Positions 38,152-48,924 of a stretch of DNA of 64,000 nucleotides are shown here, piece by piece (position 1 is the stretch's first letter; each line of letters starts with the position of its first letter). The position numbers were made by a program, and so were the translations under genes. The notes under the pieces are model-generated. The model was not told where the DNA came from. It searched no databases and saw only the letters and a list, made by a program, of their open reading frames with translations. The DNA comes from Nitrospirota bacterium (GTDB lineage: Bacteria; Nitrospirota; Thermodesulfovibrionia; Thermodesulfovibrionales; UBA1546), in NCBI GenBank assembly GCA_009773185.1, contig WPIF01000008.1, positions 77,597 through 141,596 on the forward strand, written 5' to 3'.

Positions 38152-38652
38152 ATGATGAGTTATAAGAAGCTTTTTTTCTTAATAGCTATGTTAGTAATCA
38201 TGTTTGGTTGCGATAAAGCAAGCAAAGGGTTTGTTAAGATAAAAGTTGATTCGACAATCTTGCAGCAACTTAATTCGTTAGATCCAAAAATCATGTTTTT
38301 TACCTCGGCCAAACACCCAATAAAAAATCTATCCGATGTCAAGCTTAAGTCATATACAGAATCTGGCTTTGATTTAGGTTCTGAATTTGGATGGTTTAAC
38401 TTGGATATGGAGTCTCTTTATAAAATCAAGAATATTATGGTTCTGTCTGGGGCAAAGTCCTTTCAAGGCACTAACGAAGTTGGAAGAAGTATCGGAAATG
38501 CCTATTTTTCAACATTGTTTGCTAAAAACCAGTTTATAGGCAGTAGGGCAATAGCTGATTTGCGTTTTTTTGTTACAACTAGTGATGTGCAAAATTGGCA
38601 AGAAATAATTCAAACAGGTGGTGGTGTTCAAATTAAATTTTTAACTGATTAA
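38152..38652 (+). CDS. Hypothetical lipoprotein
   Basis: RBS GAAAGGAG, IMFGC lipobox, low GC. Confidence 0.65.
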   Translation: MMSYKKLFFLIAMLVIMFGCDKASKGFVKIKVDSTILQQLNSLDPKIMFFTSAKHPIKNLSDVKLKSYTESGFDLGSEFGWFNLDMESLYKIKNIMVLSGAKSFQGTNEVGRSIGNAYFSTLFAKNQFIGSRAIADLRFFVTTSDVQNWQEIIQTGGGVQIKFLTD

Positions 38653-38802
38653 CTGCTGCATTAGCGGTAATCAATTAGGGAGACATGTTGCGCTCAAGAA
38701 TAAAAGTCGCAAAAAAGAAGGGCAAAATGTGAGATATATAGATATTGATCTAAAGATGACTAATATCAGAATCCGCATTTTAGTCATTAGAAAAGAATCA
38801 AA

Positions 38803-39513
38803 ATGATAGGGGTGTTCGTTAGACTTGTGGCGCTGTGTCTGATAGTTTACTGCGCTCTTGCTGTTCTGGATAGCGACAAGAAACCATCATCACTTCAATC
38901 ACGTTTGCAGCAACATCTTGCACTTCATACCACATTACCGAAATCAAATACGCATGTACACAAAGGCGGTGTTGTCATAATTGACATGGATACAGAGTTA
39001 TACTACCCCATGTCCTTATCAGCCAAAAATATTTTATCAATCTTCACATTAAGTACGTCTATTTACGCAAAAAAAAGTTCAGAGGCTAAGACGATCGCAT
39101 TTATTTCTCGATTGACGGAACCTGTGGCGCGATATTATGGCGGCATCAGTATTTCTGGGACGCGCGATTCGAATGACCCACTCTATTTACTTCACCAAAA
39201 TAACGGAAAATCGATCAATGTCGTGAAAGAGAACATTGAAGTCGTAATTGTGGATGTAGAGACACGGTCCATAATCAATCGAACTATAATTGAAGGATCA
39301 TCTCCCGGCTTATTAGCAGATAAGATTAGCGAGTTCAAGAAGATGGGAGAAAACAGTTATGTCCTTCTTATGTCAGAAGGGCGCACATCAAATACGACGT
39401 GGCATGTGGTTTATTGCAAGAAAACCCCCTGTGGAGTTGCTGTAGGTGAATATTCCGCGTATGACACTGCTATCCGGGAGTTTCTCGAATCGACCCAAGG
39501 GGCAGGAAAATAG
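38803..39513 (+). CDS. Hypothetical exported protein
   Basis: 236-aa ORF with an N-terminal hydrophobic segment. Confidence 0.55.
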   Translation: MIGVFVRLVALCLIVYCALAVLDSDKKPSSLQSRLQQHLALHTTLPKSNTHVHKGGVVIIDMDTELYYPMSLSAKNILSIFTLSTSIYAKKSSEAKTIAFISRLTEPVARYYGGISISGTRDSNDPLYLLHQNNGKSINVVKENIEVVIVDVETRSIINRTIIEGSSPGLLADKISEFKKMGENSYVLLMSEGRTSNTTWHVVYCKKTPCGVAVGEYSAYDTAIREFLESTQGAGK

Positions 39514-39564
39514 AGTCAGGGAAAACAGAAAATAGGATCAGTGCCCGTTAAAAAACAGACGACT

Positions 39565-39612
39565 GCCCAACCAGTCGTTCCAGCGGCCAAGCCGCTGAAC
39601 TCATTGTTGGCA
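39565..39612 (+). other. attC-like integron recombination site
   Basis: R'' GCCCAAC, N5, L'' GTTCCAGC, 9 nt, L' GCTGAAC, N5, R' GTTGGCA, with one extrahelical base. Unusually short at 48 bp. Confidence 0.65.
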
Positions 39613-39646
39613 GAGAACATAGGAACTTCAAAAGGGAGAAGAAGAT

Positions 39647-40075
39647 ATGGGAACAGCGTTACTTGTGACCTTGGAAGAGACAATGCGCGATTCGGCACTT
39701 CAGACACGGGGAGATAGAAAACTGTTAGTGACAGAGTTGTATGCCACAAAAGAAGAGGAGGCCACGGAGGTTATTTGGTCCCACGCAGCCCTCTCCGGCA
39801 AATGCCCGGTGCAGTTGATGAAAGACACAGAGTCTGCGGTCTTCACTCAAGTGGCGAAACAGACGCGCCATCTGCATAGGATCGGTACGGAGATATACTT
39901 CTTGGTACGGGGGACTATGGTCATTGAGATTGAAGGGGCTGGGTATCGCCTGAAGGAAGGTGACATGATGGTGGTGAACCCTGGAGCGTTCCACGAAGTT
40001 AAGAGAGACGGAGAGTTTTTGTGTCGAGTCCTCACAGTCAACTGCGGTGGGCCAAACGACAGGTACGAGCAATGA
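39647..40075 (+). CDS. Cupin domain protein
   Basis: HLHRIGTEIYFLVRG...LKEGDMMVVNPGAFH. Start could instead be ATG 39683. Confidence 0.85.
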   Translation: MGTALLVTLEETMRDSALQTRGDRKLLVTELYATKEEEATEVIWSHAALSGKCPVQLMKDTESAVFTQVAKQTRHLHRIGTEIYFLVRGTMVIEIEGAGYRLKEGDMMVVNPGAFHEVKRDGEFLCRVLTVNCGGPNDRYEQ

Positions 40076-40575
40076 TGCGAAAGGCAAAAACTGAAGTCAC
40101 AAGCGACATTATGCTTAAAGGTTCAGCCGATCTCGGTCGCAGGATTGAGCTTCTTGCGGCTCTCTATACCAAAGCAGAAGAAAAGGTAAATCATTCTGAC
40201 ATGTTTAGACAAAGGAATATGAACTACAGTATGGTGATATTTGGCGCGCTCATGACTGTAGGGATAAAGCTCGACGACCTTCTTTCTCGCGCTATTGTTT
40301 CCGGTACTCTTTTCGCCTTAACGGTTATCTTCTGCTTCTGGGATCGTCGTTGGCACAAGACGAAACATGGGTGGGACTATTCCAGTAGCATCTACTACAA
40401 GAAGATGGAAGAAATGGTCAATGAACCCAATAACGACATTACCTATAAGTTGTACTACGTGGAAGGAGAGCGATCTGCGGAATGGTTCAGTTTTCAGCCT
40501 GTTGTTTTTTACTTCTTGATTATTGCGTCTCTAACATCGTTCTTTCTTTTCAGTTTGCTGAAGGTAATGCCATGA
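40072..40575 (+). CDS. Hypothetical membrane protein (3 TM)
   Basis: ATG overlaps the cupin stop; RQRNMNYS followed by hydrophobic helices. Confidence 0.65.
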   Translation: MMRKAKTEVTSDIMLKGSADLGRRIELLAALYTKAEEKVNHSDMFRQRNMNYSMVIFGALMTVGIKLDDLLSRAIVSGTLFALTVIFCFWDRRWHKTKHGWDYSSSIYYKKMEEMVNEPNNDITYKLYYVEGERSAEWFSFQPVVFYFLIIASLTSFFLFSLLKVMP

Positions 40576-40671
40576 TGCCGAACCAAACATAACCATAGGG
40601 ACACTTACCGTATTATTATTTCTTCTTCTTGGGACGGCCTCATTTCTATTGAAAAATGCTATAATTTGAAC

Positions 40672-40933
40672 ATGATTACTGAACGCGATAAAAAAATAAT
40701 TTATGAAATTTCAAAGAAATACCGTGCAAAACGAGTTCTACTTTTTGGGTCCAGCTTGAAACCTGAAAGAGAAAGCCGCGATATTGACATTGCAGTGGAA
40801 GGAATCTTACCAAAGGATTTTTTCAGCTATTACGGCGACCTTATGCTTTCTTTGTCAAAACCTGTTGATATAATAGATATTTCGGGAACATCTAAATTTA
40901 TTAAATTGATACTCAAAGAGGGAGTTCTTCTCT

Positions 40934-40941
<8 letters not shown>
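40672..40941 (+). CDS. Minimal nucleotidyltransferase (MNT/MntA-type antitoxin)
   Basis: LLFGSS...SRDIDIAV, KPVDII, EGVLLYG. Confidence 0.88.
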
Positions 40942-41350
<409 letters not shown>

Positions 41351-41380
41351 CCACGCCCTGAGCTTTGGTGTTGTAAATGC

Positions 41381-41905
41381 CTATTTCTTTAGTTTCAGAA
41401 ACCCTCTTGCCTTTAAAAACATATCAATACAATTTTTTTCCTGATAGTCTGAATATGTAAATATGTTCGGCACAAATGTCCTGTCTTTTTCTCTGTACAG
41501 AAGAGAGACCTCTCCGTAAATCCCCTTGCCGAGGTAAAGCCTGTGTGAATAGCCCTTTGTTGTGGCAAGGACGACATTTGCAAGAGTAAGATAGCCGGGG
41601 TCAATGTTTACCCTGCGTTTTCCATCAACAGACAGGGAGTCCTCTATGCTGTTAGTTTTAAGTTTGATATCAACGATATCTTCGTGATTTATCAGGTTTC
41701 CGAAGAATATAAAAATCCTCTTTATCGGCGAGCCGAGTTCTTCTTTGTAATAATCTGAATGGTCCCAGTTTACCGGAGAGGTTTCCATAAGGGAAGGGCC
41801 GAATAAATCCAGAAGGGTTTTCTTTGTTTTTTCAAAGCACTCATTTTCAGAATAAAGGATTCCGGTAAAAAGGAGTGCGGGTCCGGGAGAATGCGGCTTG
41901 CCCAT
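41381..41905 (-). CDS. DUF4416-like protein
   Basis: YYKEELG, IKLKTNSIE, RRVNIDPGYL, LATTK..SHRLYL..GIYGE. Confidence 0.8.
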   Translation of the reverse strand: MGKPHSPGPALLFTGILYSENECFEKTKKTLLDLFGPSLMETSPVNWDHSDYYKEELGSPIKRIFIFFGNLINHEDIVDIKLKTNSIEDSLSVDGKRRVNIDPGYLTLANVVLATTKGYSHRLYLGKGIYGEVSLLYREKDRTFVPNIFTYSDYQEKNCIDMFLKARGFLKLKK

Positions 41906-41913
41906 GAGATGAA

Positions 41914-42450
41914 CTATTCCTTAAGCAGTCTTGATATCAATTCCAATGCCTCGGGAGAGTCCCACTGATAGGGGCCGATAATCTTTTCCCTGAGGATGCC
42001 TTTTTTATCTATGATATATGTTTCGGGAACGCCTGTCAGGCCATAGGCCTTGGCTGTTTGCCCTTCCTTATCAAGCATCAGGGGAAAATTAAATCTATTC
42101 TGTTTGAGATAATTAATCCCGGCTTGCGGGTCGTCCCTGAAAAGGATTGTCAGCATGACAAAATCCTTGTTATCCGTGAAGCGCTTAAAGAGTCCCTCTA
42201 TAGACGGCATTTCTTCCCTGCATGGCTGGCACCATGTGGCCCAGAAATTAATAAACAGAACCTTGCCCTTTAAATCAGCAAGAGACAGCTTTCTGCTGGT
42301 TACCGCATCTGCAACTTCAAGATTCGGAGCAGGCAATCCTACGGTTGCTAAGGGTTCTTTCTTTCCTGTATCACGCTGACTTATAAAATAGACTATCAGG
42401 GATAGCCCCATGAGAAGGAGTGCTGTCAATATTAGACTTTTTTTCTTCAA
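41914..42450 (-). CDS. TlpA/ResA-family thiol-disulfide oxidoreductase
   Basis: INFWATWCQPCREEMP, GVPETYIID. Confidence 0.92.
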   Translation of the reverse strand: MKKKSLILTALLLMGLSLIVYFISQRDTGKKEPLATVGLPAPNLEVADAVTSRKLSLADLKGKVLFINFWATWCQPCREEMPSIEGLFKRFTDNKDFVMLTILFRDDPQAGINYLKQNRFNFPLMLDKEGQTAKAYGLTGVPETYIIDKKGILREKIIGPYQWDSPEALELISRLLKE

Positions 42451-42494
42451 TGTTTAAAACTCCAGATGAAAATTACGAAGGCTTTTAAGTGGTG

Positions 42495-44936
42495 TTAATT
42501 TACTCCTGAAAGTACCTGGGCTTCCTCAGCCTCAACAAAGACCGGGGTTTCAGCCTCAAGAACAACCTTTATTTTATGGACGCCTTTAAATCTGCCCTTG
42601 AGAATCTCTTCGGACAATGGGTCCTCTATCACTTTCTGCAGCGCTCTTCTCATCGGCCGTGCGCCATAATTAGGCTGATAATATTTCTTCAGTATCCACT
42701 CCTTAACTGACTGGTCTAATTCTACCAGAATTCCCTGCTCTATCAGCTGCCTGTTGGTTTCATTTACCAGCAGGTCTATAATTGAGAAGAGGTGCTCTTT
42801 TTCCAGAGGATGGAAAACAACTATTTCATCTACACGGTTAAGGAATTCAGGGTTGAAGGTCTTCTTGAGTTCAATCAGCACGTTGTCTTTTATGTTCTGA
42901 TAAACATCTTCTGAGGCGGTCCTCTGGAAACCCATCGGCGTTGCCTTTTCAATTATCCTTGCTCCGACATTTGAGGTCATAATTATTACTGCGTTTTTAA
43001 AATCAACTTTTCTGCCGAAGCTGTCTGTAAGGACTCCCTCGTCAAGCACCTGAAGCAGTATATTGAATATATCAGGATGTGCCTTCTCAATCTCGTCAAA
43101 GAGCACAACAGAGTACGGGCGTTTCCTTATCTTTTCTGTCAGCTGCCCGCCTTCCTCGTAGCCGACATAACCCGGAGGCGCGCCTGTCAGCTTTGAAACG
43201 TTAAATTTTTCCATGTATTCCGACATATCTATCTTCACGAGCGCATTTTCATCATTAAACAGGAATCCCGCAAGTGCCTTTGCAAGCTCTGTTTTTCCAA
43301 CGCCTGTGGGGCCCAGGAAGAAGAATGAGCCAATCGGCTTTTTCTTGTTTTTTAATCCGGCCCTTGATCTTCTTATGGCCTTTGATATGGCCTTTATCGC
43401 TTCTTCCTGCGCAATTATTCTGTTATGGATGACTTCTTCCATCTTCAGGAGTTTTTCGGTTTCCTTTTCTTCAAGTTTCAGAAGCGGAATGCCTGTCATC
43501 TTGGAAACCGTATAGCTAATATCATCTTCTTTAACAACAGGGATTTCCTTGTTCAGGTTGTCTTTCCACTGCTTCATGACCTGCTCATACAGTTTCTTGA
43601 GTTTTTCTTCCTCGTTTCGTATGGATGCGGCTTTTTCAATATCATGCAGTTTTACGTAGAGATTTTTTTCCCGTGAGAGGCGTGATATGTCATGCTCTAA
43701 TTCCTTTATTTCCAGCGGAGGCGTATAGCGTTTAAGCTTTACCCTGGCGCCTGTCTCATCAATAACATCAATTGCCTTATCAGGCAGGTGCCTGTCTGCA
43801 ATATATCTGTCCGATAATTTTGCTGCTGCGCTTATGGCATCATCGCTCATCTTTACCCTGTGGTGTGTCTCGTATCTGCTTCTCAATCCCAGAAGGATAT
43901 CTACTGTTTCCTCTACTGTTGGGGATTCAACCTGGATTGGCTGGAACCTTCTCTCCAGGGCGCCGTCTTTTTCCACATATTTCCTGTACTCGTCAGGCGT
44001 TGTTGCTCCAATGCATTGAATCTCGCCCCGGGACAGGGCAGGCTTGAGCATGCTTGATGCATCTACGGAGCCTTCTGCCGCTCCTGCGCCTATAAGGGTA
44101 TGAAGTTCATCAATGAAGAGGATTACGTTGTCGGAATGAATTATCTCCTTCATCACAATTTTGAGCCTTTCCTCAAACTGCCCCCTGTATTTTGTGCCTG
44201 CTATCAGTGCGCCCAGGTCGAGAGATACGATGCGTTTTCCCATGAGATTTTCCGGCACGTCACCCAGGATAATCTTCTGTGCGAGGCCTTCAACGATTGC
44301 TGTTTTGCCTACGCCCGGCTCTCCGATTATCACCGGATTATTTTTTATTCTTCTGCCCAGTATCTGGAGCACGCGTTCGATCTCATCCTCTCTGCCGATT
44401 ACCGGATCGAGCTTGCCTTCCTTTGCCATCAGGGTCAGGTCTCTGCCGAACTCATCAAGGGCAGGGGTAGAGCTTCTCTCTTTTATTGTGTGCGGCTGGG
44501 CCCTCATCGAGAAGTTTATTGCAAGTTGTCTTGCAGCCAGGAGGTTTGCTCCAAAACTGCGCAGCGTCCTGCCTGCTATGCCTTCGTCTTCCCTCAGGAT
44601 GCCGAGCAACAGGTGTTCGCTGCCGATGTAACTATGGCCGATAAGCCTTGCCTCTTCTACGGCAAGCTCAAGGACTTTTTTGGCGCGCGGAGTAAAAGGT
44701 ATGTCGCCGAATGTAAGCACATTTGTGCCGTAAGGGAGTTTTCTCTCTATTTCCATGCGCACTTCTTCTATTGAAATGCCCATCTTTTTAATTATTGCAG
44801 CGCTGATGCCTTCTTCTTCCCTGAGAAGGGCGAGGAGAAGATGTTCTGTCCCGAGGTAATCATTCTGCCGTTTTTCGGCTTCTTCTCTTGCGTAGATTAT
44901 TACTTTTCTGCCGCGTTCTGTAAACTTCTCAAACAT
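42495..44936 (-). CDS. clpC: ATP-dependent Clp protease ATP-binding subunit ClpC
   Basis: MFEKFTER Clp-N repeats, GEPGVGKT, GPTGVGKT, UVR-like middle region. Confidence 0.95.
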   Translation of the reverse strand: MFEKFTERGRKVIIYAREEAEKRQNDYLGTEHLLLALLREEEGISAAIIKKMGISIEEVRMEIERKLPYGTNVLTFGDIPFTPRAKKVLELAVEEARLIGHSYIGSEHLLLGILREDEGIAGRTLRSFGANLLAARQLAINFSMRAQPHTIKERSSTPALDEFGRDLTLMAKEGKLDPVIGREDEIERVLQILGRRIKNNPVIIGEPGVGKTAIVEGLAQKIILGDVPENLMGKRIVSLDLGALIAGTKYRGQFEERLKIVMKEIIHSDNVILFIDELHTLIGAGAAEGSVDASSMLKPALSRGEIQCIGATTPDEYRKYVEKDGALERRFQPIQVESPTVEETVDILLGLRSRYETHHRVKMSDDAISAAAKLSDRYIADRHLPDKAIDVIDETGARVKLKRYTPPLEIKELEHDISRLSREKNLYVKLHDIEKAASIRNEEEKLKKLYEQVMKQWKDNLNKEIPVVKEDDISYTVSKMTGIPLLKLEEKETEKLLKMEEVIHNRIIAQEEAIKAISKAIRRSRAGLKNKKKPIGSFFFLGPTGVGKTELAKALAGFLFNDENALVKIDMSEYMEKFNVSKLTGAPPGYVGYEEGGQLTEKIRKRPYSVVLFDEIEKAHPDIFNILLQVLDEGVLTDSFGRKVDFKNAVIIMTSNVGARIIEKATPMGFQRTASEDVYQNIKDNVLIELKKTFNPEFLNRVDEIVVFHPLEKEHLFSIIDLLVNETNRQLIEQGILVELDQSVKEWILKKYYQPNYGARPMRRALQKVIEDPLSEEILKGRFKGVHKIKVVLEAETPVFVEAEEAQVLSGVN

Positions 44937-45068
44937 TTAAGTCTCCTTAAGAAGTTTCATTCTTCTTAATTAAATGATACTTTTTTTACGGATGAAAGTC
45001 AACATCCACGCAAAAATTTTCAATGGACCAAATCTTCTGTCCCGGGTTTGGTTATAAGTGAAAGCTTT

Positions 45069-45809
45069 CTAGTTCTCTGCCGTATAGTTTATGAGATATT
45101 TGGCGGCCACTGCTGCAAGAGAAGAGGCGGCAGGCAAACCCTGTTTCAGCGAGCGCAGTGTATCAAAATCAGACTTCCAGACAACATCGCCGGGGGCAAT
45201 CAGGCAAACGCTGCCGGGTTCATGCTTTATATAGAGCCTGCCTTCTCTGAAATAATAATGGTCTTCTTTATTCACCTCAGTGATATATGAGCGCATGAAT
45301 GGAGAAAAATCTCCGGGCCTGAACCAGAGTTTAATTTCCCGCTCAGCCTCGTCATTTGCAGCAGAGGCATGAATAAGATTATCCATCCGTTCGCCGATGT
45401 CATTACCCTCAGCGTCCTTCAGGGGAACAACTGTGCCCAATGCGCGGATGCATCCTGGTTTTTTTTCCCGGGCAACATGCGGATTCGTAGGCCCGCAGAT
45501 ATCACGCATCTTTTTTACTGCATCCTGGCCCTGATAAACAAGCGCTATTACCCTGCGCCTCTCGGGCGCATCAGGGTAATGCAGCAGCCCCATGATGTAT
45601 TCTATCAGTGAAGGATAAAATACTTTTCCCCGGTGTTCCGCATAGTGTTCCTCCGCGAGCATCCTGCTTACATGGACTATCTTTGCCCCGGCAAAGCGCA
45701 AGCCGGTATGAAATTCTGAAAGCTGGGAAAGCACGTATCCTGTCAATGAATTTTTAAGGGCATCAGGTTTGATCAATACAAGTGTCTGCTCTATTTCTTT
45801 TTTATGCAT
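45069..45809 (-). CDS. ndk: Nucleoside diphosphate kinase, long form
   Basis: EQTLVLIKPDA, HYAEH.GK.FY, GPTNP, NLIHAS (phospho-His), EREIKLWF, plus a ~80-aa C-terminal extension. Confidence 0.85.
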   Translation of the reverse strand: MHKKEIEQTLVLIKPDALKNSLTGYVLSQLSEFHTGLRFAGAKIVHVSRMLAEEHYAEHRGKVFYPSLIEYIMGLLHYPDAPERRRVIALVYQGQDAVKKMRDICGPTNPHVAREKKPGCIRALGTVVPLKDAEGNDIGERMDNLIHASAANDEAEREIKLWFRPGDFSPFMRSYITEVNKEDHYYFREGRLYIKHEPGSVCLIAPGDVVWKSDFDTLRSLKQGLPAASSLAAVAAKYLINYTAEN

Positions 45810-45833
45810 ACAAAGGTTCCTTCCTCATAGTTT

Positions 45834-46760
45834 TTATATTGAAAGTTTTTTGATGAGTTTTTTTACGGATTTACATGACTCTCTGAGCCGGGCCTTTTCA
45901 TCTTTTGTGAGTTTTACCTCGACTATTTTTTCAACCCCGTCTTTGCCGAGGACCACCGGCACGCCCAGATAAATGTCTTTGATTCCGTATTCGCCATTGA
46001 GGTATGCAGCGCATGGCAACATGCGCTTTTCATCAAGGAGTATTGACTTGATCATCTGAAACGCAGCGGCGGACGGGGCATAATAGGCGCTTCCTGATTT
46101 TAGCAGGCTTACTATTTCAGCGCCGCCGTTTCTTGTGCGGTGTATGAGCGCCTCGATAGTTTTTCTTTTCAGCAGCTCGGTGACCGGTATCCCCTTCGCA
46201 GTAGTAAACCTCGGCAGCGGAACCATCTGGTCGCCGTGCCCTCCGAGCACGATTGCCTCTATGTCTTCAGGCGATATATTCAGTTCCCATGCAAGAAATG
46301 TCCTTAATCTCGATGAATCAAGTATTCCTCCCATTCCCATGACGCGCCTGCATGAAAACTCTGTGGTCTTCCAGGCAAGCTGCGCCATTACATCCATTGG
46401 ATTTGTTACGACGATTATGATGGCATCGGGCGAGGCCTTTGCGATTGCACCGGATGCCGCCCTGATAACATCAGCATTTGCATGAAGCAGGTCGTCCCTC
46501 GACATATTAGGCTTTCTTGGGAAGCCCGCAGTGATAAGGACGACATCAGATGCCCCTGTATCAGCATAATTATTGGTCCCTTTTACCGAAGACGGCGAAT
46601 TCCAGAGCGGACATGCCTCTGCGATATCGAGCGCTTTGCCCTGCGGCATTCCTTCTGCGATGTCAAAAAGCATAATATCAGCAAAGCCTGCCTGGGCAAT
46701 CAGCTGCGCTGTCGAAGCGCCTACGTTTCCTGCGCCAATTATGGATACTTTTTTCCTCAT
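45834..46760 (-). CDS. mdh: Malate dehydrogenase (LDH-like)
   Basis: IIGAGNVG, TAGFPRKPNMSRDDL, LDSSR, GGHGD, GSAYYAP. Confidence 0.94.
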   Translation of the reverse strand: MRKKVSIIGAGNVGASTAQLIAQAGFADIMLFDIAEGMPQGKALDIAEACPLWNSPSSVKGTNNYADTGASDVVLITAGFPRKPNMSRDDLLHANADVIRAASGAIAKASPDAIIIVVTNPMDVMAQLAWKTTEFSCRRVMGMGGILDSSRLRTFLAWELNISPEDIEAIVLGGHGDQMVPLPRFTTAKGIPVTELLKRKTIEALIHRTRNGGAEIVSLLKSGSAYYAPSAAAFQMIKSILLDEKRMLPCAAYLNGEYGIKDIYLGVPVVLGKDGVEKIVEVKLTKDEKARLRESCKSVKKLIKKLSI

Positions 46761-47009
46761 ATTTTTCTCCGGATGATTAAGCTTTTGCGAATTCTCATTT
46801 TACGAGAATACAATAGTAGCCTGAAGCCCCGTTAGAAAGCATGCCATTGAACCTTGCCTTCTTCCGTTTAACAGGGTAAACTTTTATAGCATGTAAATAA
46901 ATTGTTGTCAAGAAAAATTGATAAAATAATAGATTTTCCTTTGACATAATATTATGAAATATGGTATTCATACATACATGAAAAAATCCTATTCTGCCGG
47001 GAGAATATA

Positions 47010-48905
47010 ATGAAAAATATTTCTGTCCCCAAAAAAATGCTGTTATCCTTTTTGATTATCCTGTGTATATTGGCTGTTTCCGGCGTAGCGTATAGCGGTA
47101 ATATAATAATTAAGCCGGGCAAATTTGACCATTTTGCCGTACAGATTCCTGAAAAGAGCAGGGCAGGCGAAGGGGTTATGGTGAGGTTGCAGGCCTATGA
47201 CGTGCATGACAACCTTATTACAGATTTCGGAGAGGCCGGCAAGGATTTTAAGGTTTCAGTTTCCGGCTCTGCCCAGGCCCAGCCTTCAACGTTAAAATCC
47301 GCCTCCTTCACGGGAGGGACCGCAGGCATAAACATAACGGACAAGAAGGCAGAGTCCGTAACCCTGTCTATTTCCGAATTCGGGAGCACAGTGCCTGTTG
47401 TGACCAGGGAGATAATAATATCTCCGAATAAGCTTGACCATTTTCTTGTCCAGTCACCGCAGTCCGCAGTGGCGGGGAATAATTTTGACGTGAAGGTTAT
47501 TGCAAGAGACGCATATGATAACCCTGTGGCCGATACCGAGATAGATGGCAGAAACATAAAGATAACATCATCAGGCGGAACGAATTTTAAGGTTATAAAC
47601 ACACCGGCTGTCTTTAAAAACGGCGCAAGCATAGCTACCCTGATAGGAGAAAAAGTAGGCGAGGCCGCTGTTGAGGTTCATGACACAGTAACAGGCAGCA
47701 AGGGGGCTAGCCCGGGCATAAAGGTCATGCCAGCAATACTCAGCCATTTTAAGGTATATGCCCCGAAGGAAACCGTTGCAGGACAACAATTTGAGGTAAC
47801 CATAGGTGCGTTTGATGCATTTGATAATACGATAGACAACTATGCCTCATACGGCAGCGGTGTAAATATTTCCTCTACAGGACAGGCAAAACTCCTGCCG
47901 TCTTTCGCAGGGCCGTCAGAATTCAGAAACGGACAGGCCATTGTAAATCTGAGATATGAGAAGGCAGAGGAAATAAGCATAGTAGCGACTGAGAATAATA
48001 AAAGCCAGCAGGGCAAAAGCCCTTCAATGAAAGTAAGCCCATCTGCTCCTGATAATTTTACGGTAGCGACACCTGATACCGCGGTTGCAGGGCAAAAGTT
48101 CAAGATTAAAATAGAGGCTTATGACAAATTTAATAATATAGTCAGAAATTATAATCTTGCAGGCAATGATGTCTATCTGAATGTTACAGGCACAGGCGTA
48201 TTATCGCCCAAAATAGTCCCTGCGTCAGAATTTGTTGGTGGCATTGCGACCCTTGACGTTGTGTATGACAGGGCAGAGTCTTTTGCAATCTCTGCTTCGA
48301 TGGCAACAAAGAGAGAAGAAAAAATTACAGTAAAAGAACAGAAGGCAGAACCAGTTGCTCCGGCAGCAAAAGCAGCTGAAAAGCCATCCGTGCCCATGGC
48401 AGCTGAAAGGCCAACGGCTGAGAAACATGAAGAAAAGCCTGTCCGCAAGGCAGCAGAAAAACCCGTGAAGCCTGAAAAGCAGGCACCGGCAAAAGAGGAA
48501 AAGGCTGTTGCAAAAAAAGCAGAGATAAAAGAAGCCGTCAAAGAACCTGCAAAGGAAAAGAAGGCTAAAGAGAAATTTTTTGAGATTAAAAAGGTCTCAA
48601 TAATAGAGGCAAAGAACAAGGCGATGGTGATAATAAACATGAGGTCACCGAATGGCCCCCTTGATTATAAAGGTGAAATAGACTCTCAAAAAGGCAAAGA
48701 TTGGATAAAGGTCAGCCTGAAACCGGCGGTAAACAAGGCAAAGAAGCTGTGGAAGTTCAAGTCGGCATTTGTTAAAGAGGTTCTCATAGAAGAAGACGCA
48801 AAAGCAGACGGGCTGATTATAAGGGTTGAAACATTATCAAAACAGGTTGCGTTTGATGTGAACAAAGTCAAAGACTCGCTTGTCATAAGCATTACGAACC
48901 CATAA
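47010..48905 (+). CDS. Exported protein with four Ig-like repeats, a Lys/Glu/Pro/Ala-rich linker and an AMIN-like C-terminal domain
   Basis: Repeated DHF.V..P....AG..F.V...A.D.YDN units; signal peptide. Confidence 0.75.
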   Translation: MKNISVPKKMLLSFLIILCILAVSGVAYSGNIIIKPGKFDHFAVQIPEKSRAGEGVMVRLQAYDVHDNLITDFGEAGKDFKVSVSGSAQAQPSTLKSASFTGGTAGINITDKKAESVTLSISEFGSTVPVVTREIIISPNKLDHFLVQSPQSAVAGNNFDVKVIARDAYDNPVADTEIDGRNIKITSSGGTNFKVINTPAVFKNGASIATLIGEKVGEAAVEVHDTVTGSKGASPGIKVMPAILSHFKVYAPKETVAGQQFEVTIGAFDAFDNTIDNYASYGSGVNISSTGQAKLLPSFAGPSEFRNGQAIVNLRYEKAEEISIVATENNKSQQGKSPSMKVSPSAPDNFTVATPDTAVAGQKFKIKIEAYDKFNNIVRNYNLAGNDVYLNVTGTGVLSPKIVPASEFVGGIATLDVVYDRAESFAISASMATKREEKITVKEQKAEPVAPAAKAAEKPSVPMAAERPTAEKHEEKPVRKAAEKPVKPEKQAPAKEEKAVAKKAEIKEAVKEPAKEKKAKEKFFEIKKVSIIEAKNKAMVIINMRSPNGPLDYKGEIDSQKGKDWIKVSLKPAVNKAKKLWKFKSAFVKEVLIEEDAKADGLIIRVETLSKQVAFDVNKVKDSLVISITNP

Positions 48906-48924
48906 GGCCGCTAAAGATAAAACC

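Noticed and set aside
43213-44774. Plus-strand ORFs inside clpC, and similar antisense ORFs over obg, ilvN, amtB, mdh and RAYT
   Set aside because: Opposite well-conserved genes, with no RBS or recognisable motifs.
48310-48570. Repetitive AEKP/KKAE-coding stretch as a DNA repeat element
   Set aside because: Explained as a low-complexity protein linker.
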